DNA of 63,654 bases, filler included, from Octopus bimaculoides (taxonomy: Eukaryota): the NCBI RefSeq assembly GCF_001194135.2. It is 5 parts of 4 records of this genome, joined end to end, with 100 filler letters (N's around TTAATTAATTAA, not from the genome) between each part and the next. Parts side by side here need not be neighbours in the genome. Positions count along the whole stretch, not along the records: positions 13,647 to 40,380 come from NC_068992.1; positions 40,481 to 56,513 come from NC_069002.1; 3 more parts are not named here. One strand, written 5' to 3'. This document shows, piece after piece, positions 36,096 through 49,054 of this stretch. Under the pieces are notes generated by a model. The model was not told the DNA's origin. It did no database searches and saw nothing but the letters and a program-made list of their open reading frames with translations. The position numbers and the translations under genes were made by a program. Positions within the stretch are counted from its first letter, which is position 1, and each line of letters begins with the position of its first letter.

Positions 36096-37609
36096 TTTTA
36101 TATTCAGTAGTAAAACCTAAATCATAAGTAATCACCGACATTACCTTATTTATTACATGAGCGTGTATTTTTTGGAAATTTTCTAAAATTTTTTGAAATG
36201 TGCGTAGAAATATGTCCGTAAAATATGTTTATCAAATTTTAGAAAAACAACACAACATATTTTACAGATACACTGAAATAATAGTATACATGCTTCATTT
36301 TATGCAGAAAAATCTACTTATGTTAATAGTTCATAATGGAAAATCTAATTTTATTAAGGTGGCTGTATTATTTAGAAGTGATAATCAACTGACATCAAGG
36401 TATTTCTTTTAAAAAAATGGAAAAACTAAGCCACTGTAATTGAATATGTTACAATTTTGCAAGCTGTCAGTATGAATTACATGCTTCGAAAAACAATCAT
36501 TGTTGAAAATGAAGCTATGTCAGGGAGAAAGGAAAACAAAGATGCATGAACGTGAAGGAGAAACCAAAAAATTCCAATTTTCAAAATAAATTGAATAACA
36601 AGTGAGTTAAGCTGGAAATTGATATACATAAAAGTTTGCATGAGAAAATATACACGACTTGAATGTAAAATAGTTTCTCAACTACCAAGAGTATTTGAAA
36701 CGACACGCACATAAATAGGTGCATACCAAAAAATCGTCTCGTTCAATCGCTTGTACACAAACACAAACACATGTTGTTATGACACATTTGTCCGATGTGG
36801 ATCAGTGACCGTGTGATCTTATATGAAAACTGGGAATTATTTCGTTACGAATTGATAAGAATGTATTTACTACAACTTTTGTAAATATGGTATGTGTGTG
36901 GTTAATGATAACAAAGATATCACATATACTTCCAATGTATTCTTCAATCTTAGTAACATTAAAAAGAAATAATTGATACTTGAGCATGGCTGAAACTATT
37001 TGGGAGTGAAACGAAAAGAATATTGGACGTCTAATTCCTTGCACATAACTGAATATATCGAAAGGGAATTACATTGCTACACTCCAGTGATTGTTTAGAT
37101 TTAATTTGTTTTTAGTATTTCAGATTGCATTATTCTTGTAAATGGGATCTCTTAGATATATTGTTATTTTCATTCAGGACATGAATACCTTTTATAAAAG
37201 AAAATATCAACAAGATACCATTAACAACTTAACTTTTTAACTTTTTTTTTTAGTTTTAAACATTAGTACAAACCTACAGAAGCGAATCGTGGACTATTGA
37301 AAGGTCCACGCGACATATCCGAAACGTACGTATTGATTTGGGAGCGATTTAAAGCAAACGTTCCTTAACACGATAACATAAGAGAGTAAAAAGTTACATT
37401 ACATGGTATTAACGCCTTCTATTTTTAATTTATTAATGCACTAAAGTCAAGAAGCAAACTATGTTTACATTGTTTCTAAGTCATGAGCCTATGTATTCTT
37501 ATTGGGGTGCGTAGGCAGTGAAATCATTCGCAATTCTTGACTACTATATTCCCTGCATGGAATAGTAAATCTGTAAAGTTTAACTTAGCTAGGTTTAAAT
37601 GCAGAATTA

Positions 37610-38220
37610 AATAATGTAATATATTATGTACTCGTCCCATTCTTGTTATATGGGTGTTAATTGAAAGCAAAGCATTTCACATTGGGACGTTGTCATAACT
37701 GAATACGTAATCAAATGTGTTACAAATATCCAATTCAGTGACTGAAATATTCAGTATGATTGGGGATATCCAGGTATTTGGTTGGCAAATAGTTTCTCTG
37801 AGAGTGTTGAATTTATCAAGATTTAATAAAATAAATTCAGTAAGGAGACATTTGGAATGCATTCAAAATTCTCAATCACAAGGAACTCGGATTTCAGCCA
37901 TTTTCTTTTTTCTAAGGAAAGTATATGTTGCTAATATTAAACTTCTCCAGTGAAATAAAATAAGAGTAACCTGATAGCTAGAGATCGAGAGAATACTATT
38001 CCTTATATTCCCATTGCTGATATAACTATTGAGATATTAGAACCTTCAAAACTGCAATAACTGAATGCAATTAGGATCAGTATTTGATTGACAATCATGT
38101 CAACATAATGCGTAATATTTACTAAATAGCAATTATTATATCTTTTCTCATCGTTCGAGATCACTCCTGTCCATAATCGCCTGAAATCTTTTGCAACATT
38201 TTCCGGAGTCAACCGAAATG
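37610..38220 (-). pseudogene. Possible rhodopsin-class GPCR relic
   Basis: NNCYLVNITHYVDMIV (TM2-like), GIVFSRSLAIR (DRY-region-like), further hydrophobic blocks; several stops and inter-helix spacing too short. Confidence 0.25.
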
Positions 38221-39816
38221 ATTCATGTATGTACTATCCAAACACTTACGATGAAAAATACTGACAGTGACTAGATTCACATAAACAAAGAAAAATGTAC
38301 ACACCTTTGCATACTTACACATGCACATAAACATCATATTCGCATGCTCGACTGATTAAGATATATGCTTCGCAATCACGTGGTAGATAGCTCGTTTACA
38401 GTTGTAATGTCATGTCATACCAATAATAGAGATTAATACAAAATGTTCTTCAGACTGCGAGTTTGTAGAATCGTTAGTACGTTGAACAAAATGCTTAATA
38501 TCATTTATTCTGGCTCCTTACATTCTAAGTTCAAATTATACCAAAGTCAACTTTGAATTTCATCATTTGGGGGTCGAATAGAATAATTATTTGCAATTAT
38601 AATCTACTCTAATCAGTGGGACATATGAATGCTAGTTGTCGAAATATTAACTATATTTTGTAACGCTAAGGATATATACGAGGTTGAAATAAACTCCCTC
38701 GTTGTGAACATATATTCTCTGAGATACTAAGTTTGAAGCACAATGGATCACCGTGATTACTACATATTGACACTGCTGTACCTTACCTAGAAGAATAAAA
38801 TTTGAATCTAACAATAACAAAAATATTTCCCTATCCTATAATCTGGGTACGTTCTAATATGTTTATAGTTTTGTAAGTGTTTATGTAAATGTGTATTTTA
38901 AAGAATACAGTGAGTAAAATCTCGTAAACTGAAACTCTCCTGTGTGTCGAGTCATTGATGAGGTGTTAACGTCGCCTTCATAAAACGAAAAGACACTATT
39001 TCTCAAAGATCCCAAATATCTTTTAATAAGATGCCAATTCTGTTGATCTGTCCATGTTTTCCTGAAATATTTTATGATGGAATTTTCGTTGCCCGACGAG
39101 GAAATTTCAATAATTATATCAACTAATTTAGCTGCCTATTGAAGCAACGTGAAAATGATTGTGTATTACAGTTACATGTATATTTAAGTTAATTTTCATT
39201 CAGAAATAGCATGAAAGTGTATATGTATAAAGTAGAAGGGATTCCAAGCGAGGGTATAGATTATAAAAGATGCACAAGAATCAGGTAGAGAGAAAGAACA
39301 TACAGATTCGTTTTCGCAATGCGTAGTTCTTAAAATTTCGACCATATTTACAGTTTATTTAATACTCGAACATTTCATTTTAATATTTAATATTATTTAT
39401 TGGAAAACTTCCTGCCAGTTATTACCATTTACATCATTTGAACTTTAATAAGAAATACGTTTTAACATTTTTTTTTTCAGAATAAATATAGAAATATGAC
39501 TGGCGTATTTTATTGTTTTCGTTATTAAACAAATTATATATTAATAACCAAGTTAATTGACGAAGCAGAAGTGCTATAAAAAGCTTTGCTAGTGTTTCAA
39601 CCCGCTTCATTATTAAAGAGTTATAACTCCTCAAAATTGTTAAACTGATTTATGATGATTGAAAACAGCATCAAATACATTAATTATTACTGTCTTTATT
39701 ATTAATAGCAGTATAGTTATTTAATTGAAATAGAATGTCTTAAGCGGTTCACTCCTGAATATATTGATTACTTTATACCAATTTCCCATGTGACATAATT
39801 ATTGATTTCAATGTCA

Positions 39817-39921
39817 AAATTTACCGATAAAAAAACAAACAACTTTATAATCGACTTCTGTATGAAAGGTGGCGTGTTGACAGGAACACAATATAATAGT
39901 GAGAATGCAATATTATTTTTT
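39817..39921 (+). pseudogene. Possible N-terminal half of a C-type lectin domain
   Basis: KFTDKKTNNFIIDFCMKGGVLTGTQYNSENAILF fits the F..KKT.....FC..GG.L.......EN..L pattern; no splice sites or second half found. Confidence 0.25.
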
Positions 39922-40333
39922 CGTATCATGTTCTATACTTTCAGATCTCCAATTAAACTTTGTCGTATACTGAGGGTCTTAAATAATTATTAAAGCTATA
40001 AGTAAGAAATGATGAGTAATCCTGACGGCATTTGGAATTTATATAACTTGTAATTTCCAAACTATGTTCACACACGTTAAATTTAATATTGTTATACTAC
40101 TTCATCTATAGATTTTATACATTGGCTCCAGAAAAAAAGATAAAAGCCATAATATTCATAATGACAGTAATAGATAAAAAAAAAGAATGGCTCCAGCCAA
40201 GAGACGAGTATATATCGATAATTCACACATCTAAACGAAGTTATATTCATTTACAACAACAATACTAAATGAAATGGTTCCATTATTCAGAATTCCCTAA
40301 GTATAATTGTGTTTCCATTCGTTGTTTAAATAA

Positions 40334-40380
<47 letters not shown>

Positions 40381-40480
40381 NNNNNNNNNNNNNNNNNNNN
40401 NNNNNNNNNNNNNNNNNNNNNNNNTTAATTAATTAANNNNNNNNNNNNNNNNNNNNNNNNNNNNNNNNNNNNNNNNNNNN
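40381..40480. other. Assembly join linker N44-TTAATTAATTAA-N44
   Basis: Identical 100-nt structure. Confidence 0.97.
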
Positions 40481-40849
40481 CCGTTTATTTCCGGTAAAAT
40501 GGAGGCGATCGCTTCCGTTTTCATTAAGTCTTGATCTTTTCTTTCTTTTTATTTCATTTTTGCCCTTACTGTTCGGCCATTTATATGTGGGGGAAAAAAC
40601 GAACGGCAGAAGAAGCGTGGCGAAGCAAAAGATGGGAATTATAAGTATAATTGGTCGGTTTTGCTTGAAAAATTATCGGCGAGATAAGCTTGATATAATA
40701 ACAAAACGAGAAAAAAGGGTGGAAAAAAGACAAAAAAAAAAAAACAGGAACGAACGTCTTCAATGTTTAGCAGACGATCTCCTGTTATCTGTGATGGCTG
40801 TGTTGTTGATATATACCGCTCTCCTGCACCTCAACGGACACTTTTGTTG

Positions 40850-41065
40850 TCAGTGTGTGTGTGTGTGTGTGTGTATGAATGTTTGATGTGGTCAATATAT
40901 GTGTCCCATGTCCGATATTATGTGTGTGCACCCGATGGTATATCTCTGTGTGTGTTTATGTGTGTTTGTATGACATGTGTGTATGTATATGTGACATGTA
41001 TGTTGTGAGCGTATATCTCTGATGTGGTGAATGGATGTGTGTGCGATATAGTGATGTGTATATGC

Positions 41066-41104
<39 letters not shown>

Positions 41105-41460
41105 CGCGCGTGTGTGTGTGTGTGTGCGCGCGCGACGAGTGCATATGTTTGATATCTGTGTATGTGACGAACGTATGTATATGTAAAGTATGTGTATGTG
41201 TGTGTTACGTATGTGGTTGTGTATGTGTTAGATGTATATAATCTGTGTCTCAGAGAGATGTATGTTTACTGTGTTCGTATGAATGCGTGTGTCAGGCGTG
41301 TGTGTGAGTGTATCACTGACGCATGTGTATGTGTGTATGTGAAGTGATATGTAGTGTAATGTGTGTGTGTGTACGTGTGCGTGTGTTTGCGTGTAGGTGT
41401 GCGTGTGTGTGTGTGGTTTAGTTTAATGGGAATATGTGCGTATACGTTTGGATATGAGTT
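40850..41460. repeat. Degenerate (TG)n field
   Basis: Directly visible. Confidence 0.9.
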
Positions 41461-41754
41461 TATACGAGTGCAAGTGTGTGAGTATGCTTATAAAGAATAA
41501 AGGGAGTGTATATATTACGGTGTGTATATATTACGGTGTGTATATGGCGTATGTATTTGGAATATAAGGAAAAGACAATAACTACGTATTCTCCCCTCTT
41601 ACACCGGCAACACCATCGCTATCATCATTAGCATCACTACCACCACCACTACCACAACCATTACCACCAACGCCATCACCCTCACTACTACCACCGCCGT
41701 CACCAGCCCTACCCTCAAAAAAGGCACCTCTCCCTATCAATTCCTACCCCTTCG

Positions 41755-41950
41755 GTGACCGTCTGAAGAATTTGGCGGCGTAGCTAGACTGGAAGATGTC
41801 TTTGTAGGTGGTTGGCGAGGAAAGAAATCAAGATTTCAGTCTGGAAATGTTGATCTTACCGATAGAGAAATAATGGCGAAAAAAGTCCCCGGATGTGGTT
41901 GGGGGGGGGGCAGTGAATGTGTAATAGCGGAAGGTGAGATGGGCTGCGAA
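41755..41950 (-). mobile_element. Possible Penelope linker fragment
   Basis: TYKDIFQSSYAAKFFRRSPK resembles the Penelope ..IF...P...FRR..N motif; short match only. Confidence 0.25.
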
Positions 41951-42139
41951 GTTGTCCGCGTGTGAAAGCAGGGGTAGGGGTATGCTGGTCTTAGTGTCGC
42001 GGATGATAGGATGTAGGGGACAGAAGGGTAAGAAAGGGTTCCTAGCTGTCGTGATTGCTTATCACCCGATCAATCCTGATCGAGTATATATATGTATGTA
42101 TATGTGTGTGTGTGTGTGTATAAATATATATGTATATAA

Positions 42140-42518
42140 GCGCAGGTGTGGTTGTGTGGTAAGAAGCTTTGCTTCCTTGCCACATGGTTCCAGGTTCAGT
42201 CCCACTGTGTGCCACCAGGGGCAAATGTCTTCTACTATAGCCTCAGGTCCATCAAAGCTTTGAGAGTGAATTTGGTAGACGGAAGCTGAAAGCCCGTCGT
42301 GTGTGTGTACGTTTCTTTATCTCTTCCTCATCATCGCTTGACAACCGCTGTTGGTTATTTTACGTCCCTGTAAGATAGCGGTTCAGTAAAACAGACCGAT
42401 AGAAGTACTAGGCTTAAAAAACACACTCCTTGTTTGACTAAAACTCTTCAAAGCAATGCTCCAGTATGGCTGCAGTCAAATGACTGAATCAAGTCAAAGA
42501 GTAAAAGAATAAAAGAAT
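42140..42518 (+). mobile_element. SINE family A, full length
   Basis: GCGCAGGTGTGGTTGTGTGGTAAG head to GTAAAAGAATAAAAGAAT tail. Confidence 0.92.
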
Positions 42519-43556
42519 GTATATGCGTGTGTGTCTGTGTGTGTATGTATGTATATGTATGTATATATATGTATATATATATATATGCATATATATATAA
42601 ATGAATGTATATATATGTATATATAGATATAATATAAATAATATATGGGTATATATGTATATATGTATAAATATATATATATATATGTATATNNNNNNNN
42701 NNNNNNNNNNNNNNNNNNNNNNNNNNNNNNNNNNNNNNNNNNNNNNNNNNNNNNNNNNNNNNNNNNNNNNNNNNNNNNNNNNNNNNNNNNNNNNNNNNNN
42801 NNNNNNNNNNNNNNNNNNNNNNNNNNNNNNNNNNNNNNNNNNNNNNNNNNNNNNNNNNNNNNNNNNNNNNNNNNNNNNNNNNNNNNNNNNNNNNNNNNNN
42901 NNNNNNNNNNNNNNNNNNNNNNNNNNNNNNNNNNNNNNNNNNNNNNNNNNNNNNNNNNNNNNNNNNNNNNNNNNNNNNNNNNNNNNNNNNNNNNNNNNNN
43001 NNNNNNNNNNNNNNNNNNNNNNNNNNNNNNNNNNNNNNNNNNNNNNNNNNNNNNNNNNNNNNNNNNNNNNNNNNNNNNNNNNNNNNNNNNNNNNNNNNNN
43101 NNNNNNNNNNNNNNNNNNNNNNNNNNNNNNNNNNNNNNNNNNNNNNNNNNNNNNNNNNNNNNNNNNNNNNNNNNNNNNNNNNNNNNNNNNNNNNNNNNNN
43201 NNNNNNNNNNNNNNNNNNNNNNNNNNNNNNNNNNNNNNNNNNNNNNNNNNNNNNNNNNNNNNNNNNNNNNNNNNNNNNNNNNNNNNNNNNNNNNNNNNNN
43301 NNNNNNNNNNNNNNNNNNNNNNNNNNNNNNNNNNNNNNNNNNNNNNNNNNNNNNNNNNNNNNNNNNNNNNNNNNNNNNNNNNNNNNNNNNNNNNNNNNNN
43401 NNNNNNNNNNNNNNNNNNNNNNNNNNNNNNNNNNNNNNNNNNNNNNNNNNNNNNNNNNNNNNNNNNNNNNNNNNNNNNNNNNNNNNNNNNNNNNNNNNNN
43501 NNNNNNNNNNNNNNNNNNNNNNNNNNNNNNNNNNNNNNNNNNNNNNNNNNNNNNNN

Positions 43557-43606
<50 letters not shown>

Positions 43607-43692
43607 CTTGTCCTTGTGTTTAATCGACTTAATCCCCTCCCCCAAGTTACACTTCTGCCAAAAGTTTGAAATAATAATTATTATCATTAATG

Positions 43693-44142
43693 AAGGCGGT
43701 GAGCTGGTAGAATCGTTAGCACGCCGGGCTTAGCAGCATTTCGTCTGTGTTTACGTTCGTCTTTACGTTGTGAGTTCAAATTCCACCGATGTCGACTTTG
43801 CCTTTCGTCCTTTCGCAGTCGATAAAATAAGTACCAGTTACGCACTGGGGTTGATATAATCGACTAGTCCCCTCCTCCCAAGTTTCAGGCTTCGTGCCTA
43901 TAGTAGAAAGATTATTATTATTATTATCATCAGCATCATTATTATTATTATTATTATTATTATTGAAGGTGGCGAACTAGCGCGTCGGGCAAAATGCTTA
44001 GCGACATTTCGTCTGTCTGAACAGCCTGAGTTCAAATTCCGCCGGGGTCGACTTTGCCTTTCATCCTTTCGGGATGATAAATTTGGTACCAGTGAAATAC
44101 TGGTTTCAATGTAATCGACTAGTCTCCTCCACAGAAAATTTC
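43693..44142 (+). mobile_element. Two tandem SINE family B copies (43693-43925, 43965-44142)
   Basis: GGCGGTGAGCTGGTAGAATCGTTAGC head, CORE-like block and (ATT)n spacer. Confidence 0.9.
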
Positions 44143-45171
44143 AGGTGATGGTGGTGGTGGTGGTGGTGGTGGTGGTATCTGGTGACTGCGTTCATTATCC
44201 TCGTTGGCGTTATGCTATGATTTGTGCTAGTCCCTTCATTGGTCGGGATGTCAATACAAAAAAAAAAAAGGCTTTTGTGTTGTAGACAGAATAGATATGT
44301 GATAAACGATATTGGGATGTCCATAGCAATTTGATTGGATGAAAGGATAAGAGACAGACAAATAATAGAATATATTTCATTTCTTTCTTCTTCCTTGCTG
44401 TTTCTTTTTACTTTTTTTTTTAATTTCTAAGATATCCTTAATTTCTTTTGTCTTTCTGTTTCATTCTTTCTTTTCTTTTCTCTCTTTCTTTCTTTCTTTT
44501 GTTCTATTATTCTTTTTCTCTTTCATTCTTTTCCCACTTTTGTTGATTCTTAGACTTCGTCTTCTCAAATCATAATATACTGTCAAAGGAGGGACATAGT
44601 GGATTGTATTGTCTAAGGAGACGGTAACTCTTTGTATGTAAAACAGTAGTGGTCATGGCTGGATTGACTTTGATCATATTTAGATCTGTTCCACTTGGAG
44701 CGAAGCAACCACAACATCAGGATATCTTGTACGTTGTGCATACACGTTACGACTAACTCATATAGTGATGTGAAGAGAGATGAGGTGTGGTGAGCTGTAG
44801 TATATCATAGCGTGTGTCTCGTGCGATGTGGGACGGTGATCGTATGATATAGAATGGTGCAGTGCCGTGTAAGCGGTGCAGAGTGGTGGTGTGTGGCTTG
44901 GAACGGTCTAGTATGGTATGAAGGAAAAAGAGAGTGAAGGGGAACGGTGAATTAAGTGTGTGACCAATACAATGTTATCTTTAAGTCGGCCATGTCAAAA
45001 TAATCAGTCGTATAGATGATTGCATTGTTGCAAAGAAAGTTTAAAATTCTATGTGGAATCATTGTCTACCACACCAAAAAGTCGTTAATTGTATGATTTA
45101 TGTATGTATATATGTGTATATATATATGTGTATATATATATATGCGTATGTGTATTATATATATGTGTGTG

Positions 45172-45227
<56 letters not shown>

Positions 45228-46240
45228 TACATACAGGGAACTAGAGATGGGGAGAGCTACTAAAATATGATGGAAGTGTGAGATAGTGAGATAGTAAGAA
45301 GAGAGAGAAGAGATAGAAGATAGGGATATTATCTTCTTCTTCTTCTCTCCCCTTTTTCTCTCTCTCTCCTTCTCTCTTACAAACACACATACATTACTCT
45401 CCATCTTCTTTCATCCATNNNNNNNNNNNNNNNNNNNNNNNNNNNNNNNNNNNNNNNNNNNNNNNNNNNNNNNNNNNNNNNNNNNNNNNNNNNNNNNNNN
45501 NNNNNNNNNNNNNNNNNNNNNNNNNNNNNNNNNNNNNNNNNNNNNNNNNNNNNNNNNNNNNNNNNNNNNNNNNNNNNNNNNNNNNNNNNNNNNNNNNNNN
45601 NNNNNNNNNNNNNNNNNNNNNNNNNNNNNNNNNNNNNNNNNNNNNNNNNNNNNNNNNNNNNNNNNNNNNNNNNNNNNNNNNNNNNNNNNNNNNNNNNNNN
45701 NNNNNNNNNNNNNNNNNNNNNNNNNNNNNNNNNNNNNNNNNNNNNNNNNNNNNNNNNNNNNNNNNNNNNNNNNNNNNNNNNNNNNNNNNNNNNNNNNNNN
45801 NNNNNNNNNNNNNNNNNNNNNNNNNNNNNNNNNNNNNNNNNNNNNNNNNNNNNNNNNNNNNNNNNNNNNNNNNNNNNNNNNNNNNNNNNNNNNNNNNNNN
45901 NNNNNNNNNNNNNNNNNNNNNNNNNNNNNNNNNNNNNNNNNNNNNNNNNNNNNNNNNNNNNNNNNNNNNNNNNNNNNNNNNNNNNNNNNNNNNNNNNNNN
46001 NNNNNNNNNNNNNNNNNNNNNNNNNNNNNNNNNNNNNNNNNNNNNNNNNNNNNNNNNNNNNNNNNNNNNNNNNNNNNNNNNNNNNNNNNNNNNNNNNNNN
46101 NNNNNNNNNNNNNNNNNNNNNNNNNNNNNNNNNNNNNNNNNNNNNNNNNNNNNNNNNNNNNNNNNNNNNNNNNNNNNNNNNNNNNNNNNNNNNNNNNNNN
46201 NNNNNNNNNNNNNNNNNNNNNNNNNNNNNNNNNNNNNNNN

Positions 46241-46312
46241 GATGGAATTGGAGAGAGATGGAATTGGAGAGAGATGGAATTGGAGAGAGATAGAATTGTA
46301 GAGAGATGGAAT

Positions 46313-46320
<8 letters not shown>
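46241..46320. repeat. 16-bp minisatellite (GAGATGGAATTGGAGA)n running into a gap; 19-bp GA-rich units follow to ~46470
   Basis: About five visible units. Confidence 0.9.
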
Positions 46321-46347
<27 letters not shown>

Positions 46348-46759
46348 GGAAAAATAGAAATTTAGGGAGAAATAGCTGGAAAGAGAGGTAGAGAGAAAGA
46401 GAGAGAGAGTTGGGAAAAGGGGGAGAGAGTTGAGAAAAGGGAGAGAGAGTTGAGAAAAGGGAGAGAGATAGAGAAAGAGAACGAAAGAGAAGCGATGACT
46501 GATTGCGAGAGAGAGAGAGAGAGAGAAGAAAAGTGAAGAAGAGACAGAGAAAGGCAATATGAATCTAAGATTCCGATGTGAAGGGGAAAAATCTGTCCAA
46601 CATGTCTGCCGCTGTTGAAGTTGTCGTTGTTGTTGTTGTTGTTGTGCTCGAGCAACCAATAAAGGAGCAAAATGGACCGTTGATTATCGGAATAGACAAC
46701 AATAAGTGTCTTTTAGTAAACATAAAAAGACACAGTAAAGAAAGTGAATGCCGTCTTAC

Positions 46760-46846
46760 TTTCTTGTTAGCAAAGCGAAAATACTGAAACGAAAACGTTC
46801 CGCTGATTTCATTGGAATCTTTTGTAACGGGCGACGTTTCGGCCAT
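46760..46846 (-). CDS. Candidate first coding exon, MAETSPVTKDSNEISGTFSFQYFRFANKK
   Basis: ccaagATGGCC (Kozak and YY1-like), 87 nt open, phase-0 donor AAA|GTAAGA, CpG-rich unique context; product unknown. Confidence 0.45.
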
Positions 46847-46933
46847 CTTGGTGGCAAATGTGTGCTACGTGATGCGTGTGCAGTGATGTGTGCGCGTGGT
46901 CATGCGTGTGTATACATACATACATATACAAAC

Positions 46934-46974
<41 letters not shown>

Positions 46975-47934
46975 NNNNNNNNNNNNNNNNNNNNNNNNNN
47001 NNNNNNNNNNNNNNNNNNNNNNNNNNNNNNNNNNNNNNNNNNNNNNNNNNNNNNNNNNNNNNNNNNNNNNNNNNNNNNNNNNNNNNNNNNNNNNNNNNNN
47101 NNNNNNNNNNNNNNNNNNNNNNNNNNNNNNNNNNNNNNNNNNNNNNNNNNNNNNNNNNNNNNNNNNNNNNNNNNNNNNNNNNNNNNNNNNNNNNNNNNNN
47201 NNNNNNNNNNNNNNNNNNNNNNNNNNNNNNNNNNNNNNNNNNNNNNNNNNNNNNNNNNNNNNNNNNNNNNNNNNNNNNNNNNNNNNNNNNNNNNNNNNNN
47301 NNNNNNNNNNNNNNNNNNNNNNNNNNNNNNNNNNNNNNNNNNNNNNNNNNNNNNNNNNNNNNNNNNNNNNNNNNNNNNNNNNNNNNNNNNNNNNNNNNNN
47401 NNNNNNNNNNNNNNNNNNNNNNNNNNNNNNNNNNNNNNNNNNNNNNNNNNNNNNNNNNNNNNNNNNNNNNNNNNNNNNNNNNNNNNNNNNNNNNNNNNNN
47501 NNNNNNNNNNNNNNNNNNNNNNNNNNNNNNNNNNNNNNNNNNNNNNNNNNNNNNNNNNNNNNNNNNNNNNNNNNNNNNNNNNNNNNNNNNNNNNNNNNNN
47601 NNNNNNNNNNNNNNNNNNNNNNNNNNNNNNNNNNNNNNNNNNNNNNNNNNNNNNNNNNNNNNNNNNNNNNNNNNNNNNNNNNNNNNNNNNNNNNNNNNNN
47701 NNNNNNNNNNNNNNNNNNNNNNNNNNNNNNNNNNNNNNNNNNNNNNNNNNNNNNNNNNNNNNNNNNNNNNNNNNNNNNNNNNNNNNNNNNNNNNNNNNNN
47801 NNNNNNNNNNNNNNNNNNNNNNNNNNNNACTTACATGTGTGTGTGTGCGTGCATGTGTGTATGTGTATGTGTGTGTGTGTATGTGTGTGTGTTCGTCTTT
47901 GTGTGTGTGCGTGTGTGTGTGTGTGTGTGACGTT

Positions 47935-48985
47935 GCGCCTGTGTTTGGTCCCCCCACAATCACCTTGACAACCGTAGTCGGTGTGGTTACGTAGCATAGC
48001 GTTTCGGCAAAAGAGACCGATAGAATAAGTACCAGGCTTTAAAAGAAAGTACTGGCTTCTATTCTTTCGAATAGAACCTCTTGAAGGCGGTGCCCCAGCA
48101 TGGCCGCAGCCTAATGACTGGAAAATGTAGAAGATAAAAGATCATACATATTCCGCCTTTGAGTTATATTTTAGTTTCAAATTTTGGCACAAGGCCAGCA
48201 ATTTCGGGCAGGGCGACGATCTTCGCCTCACTCTCGTATATTTTGTATTTTTAAACACATAAAGAGATTTTCTCTCAGACAAAACTCGCAGCATCGTGCC
48301 TTTCAATAGTGCACCTACATCTAGTTTAATACATAGATGTCAATTCTGAGTTACAGTTATTCTTCTAATACGAAGAGTTCTATTATTTATAAACGTTATA
48401 AATTTACTGAACATGAGTATACATGCAGAAATACTGACACAAGCTCACTAAATCAGTCAAGTAATGCTGAAGATATTATATACGAAGCGGGGGTTAACTC
48501 CACTAAACCAAACTTTAATGTAATCTCTCACTAAAAGACCTTCATAATTTGACTAGTTTGGTATTTATTGACAGACCGAAATTGAACACCGCCATTAGAC
48601 TAAACAGCTTTACGCTTAACTTTCACCTGTTCTTCGCATCTATACTTCACGTTTCCACATAACCAAACGATGTTTCCCACATAACCAAAGCATAAATAAA
48701 ACCATTTTATGCGATGTGTTAACAATTGTAATCATGTGTTGCATGTAGAGGCATTTTTATAATCATTTACTTATTTCAGTCGTTACACTGGGACCATGTT
48801 GAGCAGAGCGTTGTAGAGTTTTAGTCAAAAGAATCGACCCTCAGTACTTTTGAGGTTTTTAAAGCCTGGTACTTATTGTATCGGTCTCTTATGTCGAGCT
48901 GCTAAGCTATGGGGTTGTAAACAAACCGACGTATTTTGTCAAGTGGTGGTGGGGTCAAACACAGAAACAAAGACACACACATACA
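47935..48985. mobile_element. SINE family A 3' halves in opposite orientation (47935-48140 +, 48765-48985 -)
   Basis: AAAGAGACCGATAGAATAAGTACCAGGC and its reverse complement. Confidence 0.85.
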
Positions 48986-49009
48986 CACACATACACACAC
49001 ATATACACA

Positions 49010-49054
<45 letters not shown>

